DNA of 64,000 nt from Candidatus Zambryskiibacteriota bacterium (GTDB taxonomy: Bacteria > Patescibacteriota > Minisyncoccia > Phycocordibacterales > Zambryskibacteraceae), in contig JACPAD010000001.1 of assembly GCA_016180955.1 (NCBI GenBank), forward strand, positions 75,516-139,515, given 5' to 3'. The notes under the pieces were generated by a model that saw only the letters and a program-made list of their open reading frames with translations, did not search any database and was not told the DNA's origin. Shown one piece after another: positions 18,154 through 28,642 of the stretch; the first letter of the stretch is position 1; each line of letters opens with the position of its first letter. The position numbers were made by a program, and so were the translations under genes.

Positions 18154-19188
18154 TTACTCAACTTGCGGTTCGATGTAACCGCCGGGGTTATCGTGACACA
18201 CCGTAATACCGGACGGCCACTCTTTCCTCTGCGCGCGTCGCGATGGTACGGGCAAGAATTCCCACTGAAGCTTCCCCGGCCAGAGGTCAATTTGAACGAC
18301 ACCCGGAGTATTCGTGACAACTTCTTCCCCTTCCCTTGCCCACTTGCGTTTCCCTTGCTCTGGATAGTGAGGAACGGCTCCGCCGGCGCCGGCGATGATG
18401 CCTTCGATACCGTAGACACTATCTACTCTCGGCGACCTTCCGTCGATTGGAAAGAGCGAGGGCAGCTTAGCAAACATATGTTCGTGGCCGACAAGATAGA
18501 AGTCCACGCCGTACTTAATGGACTTCCTGAATAACGGCCCAACCCATGACGGACTGGCGAATCGACCCGACGAAAACATCGGCCGGTGATACGCTGTCAG
18601 CACGCACTGGCGTTTGTAACGTTCCCGCAGTTCCCACTCCATCCAGTCCAGCTGTAATTTTGCCAGCGGATTGTTAAGCTTGCCGCCAGTAGTGCTCATC
18701 ACCTCGCTATTCAAGAGCATTACACTCCAGCCACCCCAGTCGAAGACCTGCCAGCCCTTCCCGCGCACACCGTGGTTAAAGGTGTAGTTGAAGAAGAATG
18801 GCACGCCTCCTACGGCCCGTACGCCATCATAGTCGTGATTACCCGGCAGGGAGTAGGCGACGCGTAGGATGGAACCGCAAGAGGTTCTCTCGAGACGTTC
18901 GTACGCTTCGGGAGTGCCTGCACTGCCATCATTGTCGTTAGAGATGTCTCCCAAGAGAAGCACGCGGGCCTGCGGATTCTCTTCCAACAGCCGCACCAGC
19001 ATCCGACAGACTTCTTCGGTATCAGGAGACTTACTGTCCAAATCCCCCACCGCGTAGAGCCGCGCGGGCAGTATCTGGGCCTGACCTAAAGCCGGCAGCA
19101 AAACGAAGAGAGCCAGAAGCAGTATTCTCATATCGCCTCCAGTGAACGATTCTCTTTGTATTAGATACCCACGTCTTAAATTAAGCAA
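18154..19188 (-). CDS. Secreted metallophosphoesterase (calcineurin-like)
   Basis: Signal peptide MRILLLALFVLLPALGQAQ. Motifs GDLD...GDISNDNDG...GNHDY. Confidence 0.7.
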   Translation of the reverse strand: MLNLRRGYLIQRESFTGGDMRILLLALFVLLPALGQAQILPARLYAVGDLDSKSPDTEEVCRMLVRLLEENPQARVLLLGDISNDNDGSAGTPEAYERLERTSCGSILRVAYSLPGNHDYDGVRAVGGVPFFFNYTFNHGVRGKGWQVFDWGGWSVMLLNSEVMSTTGGKLNNPLAKLQLDWMEWELRERYKRQCVLTAYHRPMFSSGRFASPSWVGPLFRKSIKYGVDFYLVGHEHMFAKLPSLFPIDGRSPRVDSVYGIEGIIAGAGGAVPHYPEQGKRKWAREGEEVVTNTPGVVQIDLWPGKLQWEFLPVPSRRAQRKEWPSGITVCHDNPGGYIEPQVE

Positions 19189-19254
19189 GTAAAAGGGAGC
19201 CTGTGTGCTCGGCTCCCCTTTGAATGTCTGAACTGGGTCTAGGTCTCCTTTCGT

Positions 19255-19458
19255 TTAGTCTCCGGCAGTGGGTGGTAGGAGTTTATTCACAAACTTCTCC
19301 GGTTTCTTCTCGGGTTGCGGATCAATCTGGACTCGGAACTCCTCCAACGTTTCAGCGTGACAATGCTGACACAAGCCAAAATATTTGCCGTTTCGCGCTC
19401 GGCACTTGTAACACTTCCACTCTCTGGTTTTCATACAGACCCCCGATACTAGACCCAC
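19255..19458 (-). CDS. Small zinc-ribbon protein (CxxC...CxxC), hypothetical
   Basis: WKCYKCRARNGKYFGLCQHCH. Confidence 0.3.
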   Translation of the reverse strand: MGLVSGVCMKTREWKCYKCRARNGKYFGLCQHCHAETLEEFRVQIDPQPEKKPEKFVNKLLPPTAGD

Positions 19459-19498
19459 AAGAGCGGCCTGTCCTGACTATAACATAAACACAACTTTT

Positions 19499-20437
19499 TT
19501 AAACCTTAAGATATTTTCTTATAGCCAGAACACTCGAGAGCGCGCCGATAAGCACCCCAGAGACGAGAATAATGAAAGCGATTTCGAAGAAATTGCGCAA
19601 ATAATAAGAAAAGATATTGAAGCCGACAAAGAAGCTCTCTGTAACTCTAGCTAGAAAATACGTAATGGGAAAAAAGATGATAAGAGTAATGAGGGTGGCC
19701 ACCAAGCCATAGATAATGCCAACCACCACAAACGGTCCTTGAATGTAGCTTGTCGAAGCACCGACGAGGCGCATGACTGCTATTTCATCCTTGGCGATAT
19801 AAATGGTAAGCCGGATGGTGTTAAAAGCGATAAGCATCGAGATGGCCGCAAGAAGCACTGTCAGTACAAAGCCTAGCCGGTCGGCGACAGAAATAATGGA
19901 GGAAAGTCTATCGATGGCCTGCTTGTTCTGGAAGTAATTAACGCGGTCGATAACGGTCACGCCGGAGGCCGAGAGAGCAGAGCCCTCCTCGAGAAATTCC
20001 GCCACCGAGCCGTACTGCGAGGGGTCGCGGGCTTTGACATTGAGCACCGCACCTAAGGGGTTCTCCCCCAGCTCCTCGAGGGCGGCGAGAATGGATTGGT
20101 CGTTCTGGTGCCGTTCTTTAAATGCAACTAAAGCCTCGTCGCGCGAGACGTAAGTGACAAGGAGCACTTCCGGCAGGGATTCGAGGTCCTGCTTAATGCG
20201 CAGAATTTCTTCTTCTAGAGCTGTCGGAACGAAAGTGACGTTGATGTCTATTTTGTTAGAAAGCTCCGCAAGAGAAGTGCTGAGAATAGCGCCGGCAAAA
20301 GAGATAAGCCCGATGACGACCAGAGTTATCATCATCACTAAAACCGAGGCGAAGGAAACTGTGCTATTCCTCCAGAAGTTGAATAAGCCTGCTCGGATAA
20401 CCCTCTTAATTTTTAATCTAAAATTTTCAGTTTTCAT
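19499..20437 (-). CDS. ftsX: Cell-division ABC transporter permease FtsX
   Basis: 312 aa. Four TM helices with a large periplasmic loop. Immediately downstream of ftsE. Confidence 0.75.
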   Translation of the reverse strand: MKTENFRLKIKRVIRAGLFNFWRNSTVSFASVLVMMITLVVIGLISFAGAILSTSLAELSNKIDINVTFVPTALEEEILRIKQDLESLPEVLLVTYVSRDEALVAFKERHQNDQSILAALEELGENPLGAVLNVKARDPSQYGSVAEFLEEGSALSASGVTVIDRVNYFQNKQAIDRLSSIISVADRLGFVLTVLLAAISMLIAFNTIRLTIYIAKDEIAVMRLVGASTSYIQGPFVVVGIIYGLVATLITLIIFFPITYFLARVTESFFVGFNIFSYYLRNFFEIAFIILVSGVLIGALSSVLAIRKYLKV

Positions 20438-20448
20438 TAAATTTTAAA

Positions 20449-21129
20449 TTATACGTAGTATTTGCCGGACCGGTCGTCGCGGACAACTCTGCCTTTATCC
20501 ATAGCGATGACGCGCTTGCCGAGCGAATCTATTATGCCCTTGTTGTGAGTGGTCAGTATCACGGTGGTGCCGAGATCATTGATTTTTTTCAAGATTTGAA
20601 CCACGTCATAGGTATTGACTGGATCGAGGTTCCCCGTCGGCTCATCGGCAATAATCACGTCCGGTTCGTTGACGAGAGCCCGCGCGATGGCCACCCGCTG
20701 TTTCTCTCCGCCGGAGAGCTCATGGGGGAAGTTCCAGATCTTGGGCAGAAGGTCGACAAGCTCGAGCACGTGCGGCACGTCTGCCTCGATCTCCTCGTCT
20801 GTGCGGCCGGAGGCTTCCATAGTGAAAGCAATATTTTCATAAACTGTCTTATTGGGCAGCAGACGAAAGTCTTGGAAAACCATGCCGACATTCCTTCTGA
20901 ATTTATCTATCTCCCCTCTCCCGAGAGTGTGGACGTTTGTATCGTTGTAGAAGACCGCCCCTTCGGTCGGACGCTCCTCAACCAGAAAAAGTTTGAGAAG
21001 GGTCGTCTTGCCGGCGCCTGACGGACCGACGATAGAAATAAACTCTCTCGGTTCGATGGAGAGCGTGACATTCTCGAGCGCTACCGATGAGTCGGGATAA
21101 ACTTTGGAAACACGGTCAAAAAAGATCAT
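20449..21129 (-). CDS. ftsE: Cell-division ATP-binding protein FtsE
   Basis: Walker [13 protein letters not shown] signature [15 protein letters not shown], Walker [12 protein letters not shown]. Confidence 0.85.
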   Translation of the reverse strand: MIFFDRVSKVYPDSSVALENVTLSIEPREFISIVGPSGAGKTTLLKLFLVEERPTEGAVFYNDTNVHTLGRGEIDKFRRNVGMVFQDFRLLPNKTVYENIAFTMEASGRTDEEIEADVPHVLELVDLLPKIWNFPHELSGGEKQRVAIARALVNEPDVIIADEPTGNLDPVNTYDVVQILKKINDLGTTVILTTHNKGIIDSLGKRVIAMDKGRVVRDDRSGKYYV

Positions 21130-21192
21130 GCCTTACAATTTTATCATCCACAGCGCCTCCATACAACCAGAGAGTTGTGATATATTGTTTTT

Positions 21193-21744
21193 ATGCAAAG
21201 AATAATAGCCGTCGCCACCGCTCTTCTAGTAGTGGCAATATTTTTTAGTAAGAGTTTACTGCCTTTGGGTTTGGAGTTGAGGCTCCCGTCTTTCCAAACT
21301 TTTCAAGAAAGCACTGAAGCCGGGGAAGCTTGGACTGTTTTTGAAAAATACCTGGAATTTGCCAAAAGCCATGATCTCGAGGGTATTAAATCTCTTTCTC
21401 ACCAGATTTCTGATACTTGCAATAACCCAGCGCGAGAGACGGAATGTTTCGCCTTAATGGATAGCGTCTACGCCATAGCAAGCCCTCTTAAGTCAAGCGA
21501 CTTCAAACATATCGTATCGGATGAGCATCAGATTGTCATGTACACGGACGGGCCGACAGTAGCAGTCCTTTACTTCACCAGAGATAAAATCGGTGCTCTT
21601 AAAGTGCTGGGTTTGAGTCTTTGCTTCGAGGACGAGACCTCGGTGGGTAGTTGCATTAAGACCGATTCTATAAAGCAAGACCGAGACAGCGACGGTTGGT
21701 GGGATAGCGTCGAGGCACTCTTTTACGAGAACAAGACTAATTAA
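21193..21744 (+). CDS. Hypothetical secreted/anchored protein
   Basis: 183 aa. N-terminal hydrophobic helix. Confidence 0.35.
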   Translation: MQRIIAVATALLVVAIFFSKSLLPLGLELRLPSFQTFQESTEAGEAWTVFEKYLEFAKSHDLEGIKSLSHQISDTCNNPARETECFALMDSVYAIASPLKSSDFKHIVSDEHQIVMYTDGPTVAVLYFTRDKIGALKVLGLSLCFEDETSVGSCIKTDSIKQDRDSDGWWDSVEALFYENKTN

Positions 21745-21767
21745 TTGAAAGTGAGGTTTCTGTTTAT

Positions 21768-24700
21768 CTAGAGAGTAGTTGAGAGGCCCGGATGACTGGA
21801 CGATTCCATAGCTTGTATTGTTTGGAGTTGCTGTATCAAGAGAACAAGAAGTTGCTGAATAAGAGAGATCAGGTGGATCTTGATGGCCGTGATAACCTTC
21901 TGGTTGGCCTGCTCAACATTTAGCGTGGGAGCTACAGTAGTAAGTCCTTGGGCTATTTGAATAACAGGAGAGGTCGTAAAGGAGTTAGTCCCCCCGCCAC
22001 CGCTGCCACCGCCGTTGTTACCATTGGAGCTAGGCGCAGGCGCTGGTTCTGATTTGGGTTCTGGTTCTGCTTCGCCCGCCGGAGGTTTATCCGACGTGTC
22101 CGTCGGGGCTTCAATAGAGTCGGAAGGCTCGGGAATTAGCTCGGGCGTTGGTTCTGGTTCAGCTTCGCCCGCCGGAGGTTTATCCGAAGGCTGGGGAATA
22201 GGTTCCGATATTGATTCTGGTTCAGGAATTTGTCCTGCGAGTTCTTGGATCTCTGCCAGTGAAAGCGCTCGGTTGTAGATGCGAACATCGTCAAGTGAAC
22301 CTTTAAATTTTTCGGTCAATCCCCCGTTAGTGGCAATTCTCAAAGGAGTACTGTAGGAGCTGATAGAACCCGTAACGGATTTCGAGCCGAACTCTACTCC
22401 ATCAACGTAAATCTTAATAGTCGAGCCGTCATAGACTCCGACAATGTGGTGCCAAACAGAAGCATTGATAAAAATACTGGAAGCGATATGTTGACGGCTT
22501 CCGCCAATAGTCACCCAGAAACGAGGCTCTAGTGCAGTCGGGGAAACGTACAGTCCATGCAAACCATAAGAAAAATAGGGAGGCTCGTGACTGGCGGCAT
22601 TCACCGGTTTGGCGATAAATATCTGATGCGTCCCTGTATTGCTGAAATTCACCCAAGTAGACAATGAGACTGCATTTCCGGAAAGAGCAAGCGATGGCGA
22701 ATGCGCTACCTCCATATAATCATTAATGCCGTTAAAGTTGAGTGCGCCATTGGCTTGGTTAATAGTCCAGATTAGACCGTTTATGAGAGTGCCACCGCTT
22801 TCTGGCTCTGGCGTTGGCTCGGGCGTTGGTTCTGGTTGTGGTTCCGGAGTCGGCTCTGGTTCGGGAATAGGTTCTGGTATTGGTTCAGGCTCGGGAGTAG
22901 GCTCTGGATCTGGAGTAGGGGCACCGACAAATTCATAAGCGCCTATGTCATATGCCAAACCCTGCGGTCTCACTATGCCATCACGGTCGTTGGTAACTGA
23001 TTCAATAGAAACTCCGTTATTTACTGCCGGAGAAGAAGGAGTTAAATGATAATCATTGCTACCTACACTGACAAATGAATCTAGAGTAACAGCTCTATTA
23101 GATACTCCTGACGCTTGGGATGGAAGGGTTTCTCTTAAGAATAATGAGTTTTTCGCGTCAAAAATGGTGGACGGAGATGAAGCGCTGAAGAACGGATTAG
23201 GAACATTGGCTCCAAAAGTAGTGTTGTATACTTTCGGGTTCACTATGTTGTCTTCATACCTGATGCCGTACGTTGTATCGTATATAACTGCATTTTGAAT
23301 GGTAACATCTGCTCCGCCGTTAGGACCCGGTCCTCTCAACCTAAATCCAATTTCCGAATCATGAACGGTTATTTGGTCAAATACGGCTTGAACATTTTCC
23401 TTGATGTTGAAAGCGGCCATATTAGTGACGAGGCCGTTTCTAAACCCAAAGACAGTAGTATTTTTGATAGTGATGAGAGCCCGACTGAAGGCGCCATTAG
23501 ACTTAGTATCGACCGCATTTTCGCCGGGGACAAAGCCGGCCGGCATGCCGTTCTCTGTGGCAGGCAAAGGACCGGTCCAAAATTTAGAATTCTCAATCAC
23601 AATATTATTCCAGCCCGGAGAATTCCTGCCGGGGTCAACTTGGACAGAATCCCCAGTAACATGGTAAATCTCGGTATCGCGTATGGTGAGATTTTTAACA
23701 GCCGCGCCGGTGATACCGTGAGCGTCGCTTTGAGAAGTGCCCGCATACCAGATGCAGTGATGGATGATATCGTTTTCAAACAAGACATCTGTAGGAGAAG
23801 CCATATCAACGCAATCTCTGCCCGCTCTTTTTATTTCAGAGTTCTTGATGATTAAATTAGTAGCACTGCTCCCCACTGAAATAAGGTCGGAGGCGCCGTA
23901 TTGGCCATCGAACACGAGGCCGTCGATAATGATATAAGGATGCGAGAAGTTGGCAACACTGCCGCTTTTAGTCACAACGGCCGTGCCTCTGCCGGATTCA
24001 GAACGGATAGTGATTGGCAGAGAAGCTGTGCCCGCTCTCACCGTAAAGATTAATTCATTGTAGGTGCCCGACTTAACGATGACGGTATGTCCTGCTTGGG
24101 CGACATTGATGGCGTCTTGGATTTTTCCAAAAGGACTTGCGGCATTACCGTTACCGGAAGCGCCGGAAGCGACATACCAGACTGTGTTAGCAGGCACCGG
24201 CTCTGGTTCTGGGACTGGTTCAGGTTCAGGCGTTGGTTCCGGAGTAGGTTCTGGTTCCGGCTCTGGAGTGGGTATAGGTGTTGGAGTTGGGTCTGTTATA
24301 GGATTGGTGGAGACGATGAGTTCGTCATACCAGGTGACCGCAGGGTCATGGATAACGGAGAGAAGCTTGCCTTGATTGTCCGGTCCCAAAATAATTTTAT
24401 TGTATCCGGAGCCCGGATCATTGGGATTTTCAACCAACACGGCGTCAGTAACATTGAAAATCTCTCTAAGCAACTCTCCTTCTTTCGCGACCCAGATACT
24501 GATAGCGCTGTTTTCCTCACCCCAATTGCCGATAATCACTTTCATGTAGAAGGTCATCCATTGGTCCGCGACATAAGTGAATGGTGTGCCGTTAGGATTG
24601 TGGGTAATGCCGTTTTCAAACAGAATTGGTACACCTTGAAAGACGCGGTTGTAGAGTCCTATCTCTATCGGGTCGCCGTAAGTGCCAAATTGAGAGGTCA

Positions 24701-25121
24701 AAAGAACTTGGTTCCATCCATTGCCGCCCATTTCAGCATTGAACATCTCGCTTGAAAACTTTTGTCTGAACTGGACATAGAAGGTAGAGCCGGGGCTAAA
24801 TCCGTTTCCGAATTCGTCAAAAACCTTCTCGAAAGCTCCAGACGAGTTATTGCCGGAAAGAGACGGGACTACAAACTTTAAAGACCCCTCGCCGGAAGCA
24901 TAATTAGTGTCATCAAACGTCCCCCAAATGTTACCCAAATTGTCTCCGTAGACATAGGTATCCACTTGAGAGACAGAGTCGAAGCCATTGCATAAAACTA
25001 CCCCCGGTTCCAAACATTTGGAAGCAAAGTCGTTGCCAGCGGCATTGACCGTATTAATGCCAGCCGGCGTTAAGATAAAAACCCCAATAAACGCTGTATT
25101 TAATATAAGATTTTTAGCCAT
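21768..25121 (-). CDS. Large secreted surface protein: signal peptide, right-handed beta-helix (pectate-lyase-like) region, LamG/ConA-like lectin domain, three PE/PT-rich linkers, Gly-rich tail
   Basis: 1117 aa. Signal peptide [29 protein letters not shown]. NxxIxxN-type beta-helix repeats. LamG-like [20 protein letters not shown]. Linkers [22 protein letters not shown]. Confidence 0.6.
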   Translation of the reverse strand: MAKNLILNTAFIGVFILTPAGINTVNAAGNDFASKCLEPGVVLCNGFDSVSQVDTYVYGDNLGNIWGTFDDTNYASGEGSLKFVVPSLSGNNSSGAFEKVFDEFGNGFSPGSTFYVQFRQKFSSEMFNAEMGGNGWNQVLLTSQFGTYGDPIEIGLYNRVFQGVPILFENGITHNPNGTPFTYVADQWMTFYMKVIIGNWGEENSAISIWVAKEGELLREIFNVTDAVLVENPNDPGSGYNKIILGPDNQGKLLSVIHDPAVTWYDELIVSTNPITDPTPTPIPTPEPEPEPTPEPTPEPEPVPEPEPVPANTVWYVASGASGNGNAASPFGKIQDAINVAQAGHTVIVKSGTYNELIFTVRAGTASLPITIRSESGRGTAVVTKSGSVANFSHPYIIIDGLVFDGQYGASDLISVGSSATNLIIKNSEIKRAGRDCVDMASPTDVLFENDIIHHCIWYAGTSQSDAHGITGAAVKNLTIRDTEIYHVTGDSVQVDPGRNSPGWNNIVIENSKFWTGPLPATENGMPAGFVPGENAVDTKSNGAFSRALITIKNTTVFGFRNGLVTNMAAFNIKENVQAVFDQITVHDSEIGFRLRGPGPNGGADVTIQNAVIYDTTYGIRYEDNIVNPKVYNTTFGANVPNPFFSASSPSTIFDAKNSLFLRETLPSQASGVSNRAVTLDSFVSVGSNDYHLTPSSPAVNNGVSIESVTNDRDGIVRPQGLAYDIGAYEFVGAPTPDPEPTPEPEPIPEPIPEPEPTPEPQPEPTPEPTPEPESGGTLINGLIWTINQANGALNFNGINDYMEVAHSPSLALSGNAVSLSTWVNFSNTGTHQIFIAKPVNAASHEPPYFSYGLHGLYVSPTALEPRFWVTIGGSRQHIASSIFINASVWHHIVGVYDGSTIKIYVDGVEFGSKSVTGSISSYSTPLRIATNGGLTEKFKGSLDDVRIYNRALSLAEIQELAGQIPEPESISEPIPQPSDKPPAGEAEPEPTPELIPEPSDSIEAPTDTSDKPPAGEAEPEPKSEPAPAPSSNGNNGGGSGGGGTNSFTTSPVIQIAQGLTTVAPTLNVEQANQKVITAIKIHLISLIQQLLVLLIQQLQTIQAMESSSHPGLSTTL

Positions 25122-25227
25122 TTAGCTTTAGTCCTTAATGGTGGTTTGTCCTTTATATTAAAGACAAAAATTAAATAAAAGAGACAAAAACGATGCTAGC
25201 ATTAAGGACACTAGAAGTCAAATATTC

Positions 25228-25255
25228 TTGACTTACTTTATGCTTAAGTTATAAT
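25228..25255 (+). promoter_or_regulatory. Sigma-70-type promoter (TTGACT - 16 bp - TATAAT) upstream of the HD-domain gene
   Basis: Read directly: ttgact tactttatgcttaagt tataat. Confidence 0.45.
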
Positions 25256-25293
25256 CGCAAATAGAAGACCAGTTACCGAAGAAAGGGCAAAAA

Positions 25294-26043
25294 ATGCAGA
25301 CGCAGCTGATAGCTCCCCCGCTTTCTGGCGTAGTTGAAAGTCTTTCGCCACGCAGACTAGCGGTCAACCCATTCTCACGAAGCCAGATTCATCTTCGGCC
25401 AGGCAGGCAGAGTCTGCTCAACCACATGAAGAGGGTCGAGTGGCTCTCGGGCCTTATCGCGCTCGAGATGGGACTGACTTCGGAAGTCACGGCCCGTCTG
25501 AAGCGCGCCGCGGTAAACCACGACATCGGTGAGGACCTGAAACCCTGGTTGTTTTATGACAACAGAGACCAAGACTTCACTCAAGACAATGTCCTGGAGG
25601 CGAAAAGTCACCCCCGCGACGGCGCGGAAATGCTTCTCGAGAACCCGTTGGCGTTCGGTGTTCGGGAAGAAGATGCCGCAGAAGTTTCTGTGATGATCGA
25701 ATTTCATCACGAGCACTTCGAGAGCTCCAGAGAAAAGTGCAGGACGAGAGCCAAGGAACTTGGAATCCAGTTCCGCAAAACCTCGCTCGATTGTCTTGTG
25801 CGGTGCGTGAACATTCTCAAGGTAGCGGACTACTTTTTCGCTCGCGCGGAAAAACGTCCCTATCAGAAGGAGCAAGTGGAGGGAAAGAGAAATTCAAAAG
25901 AAATCCTCACCCCCACCGAGATCCTCGACGTCATGGCATTCACTGTGGGCAGGCAGTTCTGCCCGGACACTTACAAGGCCTTGGTTGAGCTGAAGGAAGC
26001 CGCGTTCCAATACGTGACCCTGACCCTCACTCTGGCCTCCTAG
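25294..26043 (+). CDS. HD-domain phosphohydrolase-like protein
   Basis: AAVNHDIGE gives the H...HD metal-binding motif. Further His/Asp residues lie downstream (IEFHHEHF). Confidence 0.5.
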   Translation: MQTQLIAPPLSGVVESLSPRRLAVNPFSRSQIHLRPGRQSLLNHMKRVEWLSGLIALEMGLTSEVTARLKRAAVNHDIGEDLKPWLFYDNRDQDFTQDNVLEAKSHPRDGAEMLLENPLAFGVREEDAAEVSVMIEFHHEHFESSREKCRTRAKELGIQFRKTSLDCLVRCVNILKVADYFFARAEKRPYQKEQVEGKRNSKEILTPTEILDVMAFTVGRQFCPDTYKALVELKEAAFQYVTLTLTLAS

Positions 26044-26054
26044 GTCTACGACCT

Positions 26055-27146
26055 TTGACATCAATTAGAAAGGAAAATATGTCTCTAACATTGGTTAAGC
26101 CAGACTCCGCTCCTGTGGAGTCCGGCCTGGTCCAAGTCGGCGGCAAGGACGGCTTCGACCAAGTCGTCGGCTTAAGCGGCACGCTTAAGCCAGTGTTCGA
26201 TATCGTCCGCAAGGTGGCCAAAAGTAACGCCACCGTACTCATTTATGGCGAGACCGGCACAGGCAAAGAGCTCGTCGCGAAAGCGATCCATCACGACTCT
26301 CACCGTGCCTCGCAGAACTTCATCAAAGTGAACTGCGCGGCGCTACCGGAAAACCTCCTGGTGTCCGAATTGTTCGGCCACGAGAAAGGCGCTTTCACCG
26401 ACGCCAACGACCGGCGCATCGGCCGTTTCGAACAGGCCGAAGGCGGCACGCTCTTCCTCGATGAAGTCGGCGATATGAGCGTGAGCATGCAGGCGATAAT
26501 CCTGCGCGCGGTCCAGGAGCGCGAGTTCGAGCGGCTGGGCGGGACGCGCACGATCAAAGTCGACATCCGGCTGATTGCCGCCACCAATCGCAACCTGTCC
26601 GCGATGGTCGAATCGAGGACCTTCCGCGAGGATTTGTACTACCGTCTCGATGTTGTCAACATCGAGATTCCACCCCTCCGAGAACGGAGGGGAGACATCG
26701 ACGAGTTGACAACACTCTTCCTCGACCATTTCAATGGCGAGTTTGGGAAGAAAATCAAAGGCGTGGGAAGAGAAGCAATGAAAATACTCACGCGCTACCA
26801 CTGGCCCGGCAACATTCGCGAGCTAGCCTACACAATCTGGCACGCAGCACTCCTCTCTGACGGCGACACAATCAGAGTAGAGAATTTGCAGCTCAAAGGA
26901 AGCGCCAGCGCCGCAGACCTTCAAGATGATGGGTTCGTCCTCAAACTTCCGCTGACCGGTATCTCGCTTGAGGACATCGAGCGACAAGCGGTCCTCGAGG
27001 CGTTAAGGATGTCAGATTGGGTTCAGAAGGATGCGGCTGAACTTTTAAAGATCACGCCGCGCGCGTTGAACTACAAGATTGACATCCTAGGGATAAAGTT
27101 CCCGAACAAACTTCCGACTGGCTGTCGACGGAGGAAGGGAAACTAA
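26055..27146 (+). CDS. Sigma-54-dependent transcriptional activator (bacterial enhancer-binding protein), AAA+ plus C-terminal HTH, no receiver domain
   Basis: Walker A GETGTGKELVA. GAFTGA variant EKGAFTDA. Walker B LFLDEVGD. C-terminal Fis-type HTH AAELLKITPRALNYKI. Confidence 0.8.
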   Translation: MTSIRKENMSLTLVKPDSAPVESGLVQVGGKDGFDQVVGLSGTLKPVFDIVRKVAKSNATVLIYGETGTGKELVAKAIHHDSHRASQNFIKVNCAALPENLLVSELFGHEKGAFTDANDRRIGRFEQAEGGTLFLDEVGDMSVSMQAIILRAVQEREFERLGGTRTIKVDIRLIAATNRNLSAMVESRTFREDLYYRLDVVNIEIPPLRERRGDIDELTTLFLDHFNGEFGKKIKGVGREAMKILTRYHWPGNIRELAYTIWHAALLSDGDTIRVENLQLKGSASAADLQDDGFVLKLPLTGISLEDIERQAVLEALRMSDWVQKDAAELLKITPRALNYKIDILGIKFPNKLPTGCRRRKGN

Positions 27147-27186
27147 GCTCTAGCTGGAAAATCATCCGTCAACCACCCGCTCCGAC

Positions 27187-27212
27187 CTAGGTCGGAGCGG
27201 GTTTTTCGTATA
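27187..27212 (+). terminator. Rho-independent terminator (cccgctccgac ctag gtcggagcggg ttttt). A second hairpin at 27220-27245 serves the convergent minus-strand gene
   Basis: Stem plus T-run, read directly. Confidence 0.6.
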
Positions 27213-27275
27213 AAAATTACCCCTCGCGTGCGCGCACGCGAGGGGCGATGTAGAACAGTCGTTCTACAGCTCGAC

Positions 27276-28307
27276 TCATTGAGGTGTTGGAACAACTCGA
27301 AGCCCAGTTGCCGCAGGCGGTTCCTGTGGCTCTGGCGGCAGAGCAGAACCCACAGCGTTTGTAGGCACCAAGGTGCAGGCCTCGTTGCCTAAATTATCCC
27401 CAGTGACAAAAACGCTTAAGATCGAGCTCCTCTCCGCTCTTACTGCGAAGCACCAGAATCCGTTTGGGATCTCAGTGTCGGAAAATGATGAGAACGTTGT
27501 CGCTGTTCCGACATCCTTGCACCTCGTAGTGTAATTGCCGGAGCTTGGTCCCCAACAAACCCAGTACTTGTCCACTTCACCAGTTAGAAAGTCGGGAGAG
27601 TGGTCCCATGCCAGCGTTAGGCGGCTTGCCGGCGCCGGCGGCGGGAATATAAAGGTTCTGAACTTATTCCCGAGAACGGGCCCCTCGTCACAGCCGGCCG
27701 GACAGTTCGCGTTCGGCGGCGTTAACCACCTCACCTCGGCATGATTAATGCCGTCGCCGTCCTCGACTCTGATGAGCTGGAGGCAATACTTCTGTCCCAG
27801 ACCCATGGTTTGAGGCGTCGACTTCTGTTCTGCGCTCTTCGTCCATTGACGGAAATTTGGCGACGGCCGTTTGGTCGACTTGGCAATCCGTATCCATCCG
27901 GAGCCGCAATCCAGTGCTGTCGAGACGAAGAGCGCTGCCTGGCTGTTGGCCGAGACCCAAAACAGATATCCTGCGGCTACTCCGTCAGCGACGAATGAAC
28001 CGTAGATTCTGTCCACAAACACCCCCGCGCGGTTCTGCCCCGCGTAGAAATTTACAAGCCCCTGTTGGACGTTGTTTGTCGGCGCTCCAAGCAGGTGAGG
28101 ATTGTCGGCAAGAAGCTGAAAGTTCGGAACTTCAGCTCCCGCTTCGGTCACAAGCGGCAAGGCCTTCCCCGCCCAGTAATCCCGGGCAAATCCGGGGTAT
28201 TGGGCAGAAACTTGACCAGCCGCTGTAAACCAGACGAGCGAAAAAAGGCAAGTGAGCCTCACGAACTTAATGGCCATTCCATGTCCTCCTTCAGAAAGCA
28301 GTGCCAA
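27276..28307 (-). CDS. Secreted hypothetical protein with fibronectin-III-like C-terminal domain
   Basis: Signal peptide MAIKFVRLTCLFSLVWFTAAGQVSA. The W...Y...C pattern LTLAWDHSPDFLTGEVDKYWVCWG resembles FN3. Confidence 0.4.
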   Translation of the reverse strand: MALLSEGGHGMAIKFVRLTCLFSLVWFTAAGQVSAQYPGFARDYWAGKALPLVTEAGAEVPNFQLLADNPHLLGAPTNNVQQGLVNFYAGQNRAGVFVDRIYGSFVADGVAAGYLFWVSANSQAALFVSTALDCGSGWIRIAKSTKRPSPNFRQWTKSAEQKSTPQTMGLGQKYCLQLIRVEDGDGINHAEVRWLTPPNANCPAGCDEGPVLGNKFRTFIFPPPAPASRLTLAWDHSPDFLTGEVDKYWVCWGPSSGNYTTRCKDVGTATTFSSFSDTEIPNGFWCFAVRAERSSILSVFVTGDNLGNEACTLVPTNAVGSALPPEPQEPPAATGLRVVPTPQ

Positions 28308-28447
28308 AAAAAACCGTGTCCGCCAAACAGACTAACAAACTGTTGACAACGCGTCAAATGTAAAATATTGTTTTGAGTTTAGAAATCTTTTTTAAATAAA
28401 AAGGGCGGGTCGTGTGACGACCCGCCCTGTCGATGCTGGCGACAACT

Positions 28448-28588
28448 CTAAGAGCATCCGCGCCGGTGCATTTCCCTAAGCCGGCGTTTCGCCTCTCGTC
28501 TGTGGTAGAGAAAATCTTTCACAGCCGGCGCCAAAACGTACACGACACCGAGAACCAAGAACAAGACAAGAAATGTAAACACAGACAT
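28448..28588 (-). CDS. Unannotated small membrane protein (46 aa), followed by a hairpin terminator
   Basis: Translation MSVFTFLVLFLVLGVVYVLAPAVKDFLYHRREAKRRLREMHRRGCS. Terminator gggcgggtcgtcacacgacccgccc plus T-run on the minus strand at ~28400-28425. Confidence 0.25.
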   Translation of the reverse strand: MSVFTFLVLFLVLGVVYVLAPAVKDFLYHRREAKRRLREMHRRGCS

Positions 28589-28642
28589 GGCTGCCTCCAA
28601 AAACATTGTACAATACTAAATATTGAAAAGCAAGATTAACCT

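Noticed and set aside
22015-24375. Plus-strand ORFs rich in GSG repeats (22015-22278, 22726-22938, 24064-24375)
   Set aside because: Antisense reading of the PE/PT linker-coding repeats of the large surface protein gene.
28343-28375. TTGACA-N17-TATTGT promoter-like sequence with embedded palindrome ttgacaacgcgtcaa
   Set aside because: Orientation points antisense to the small minus-strand ORF and away from any plus-strand gene. Could be real, but there is no supported target.
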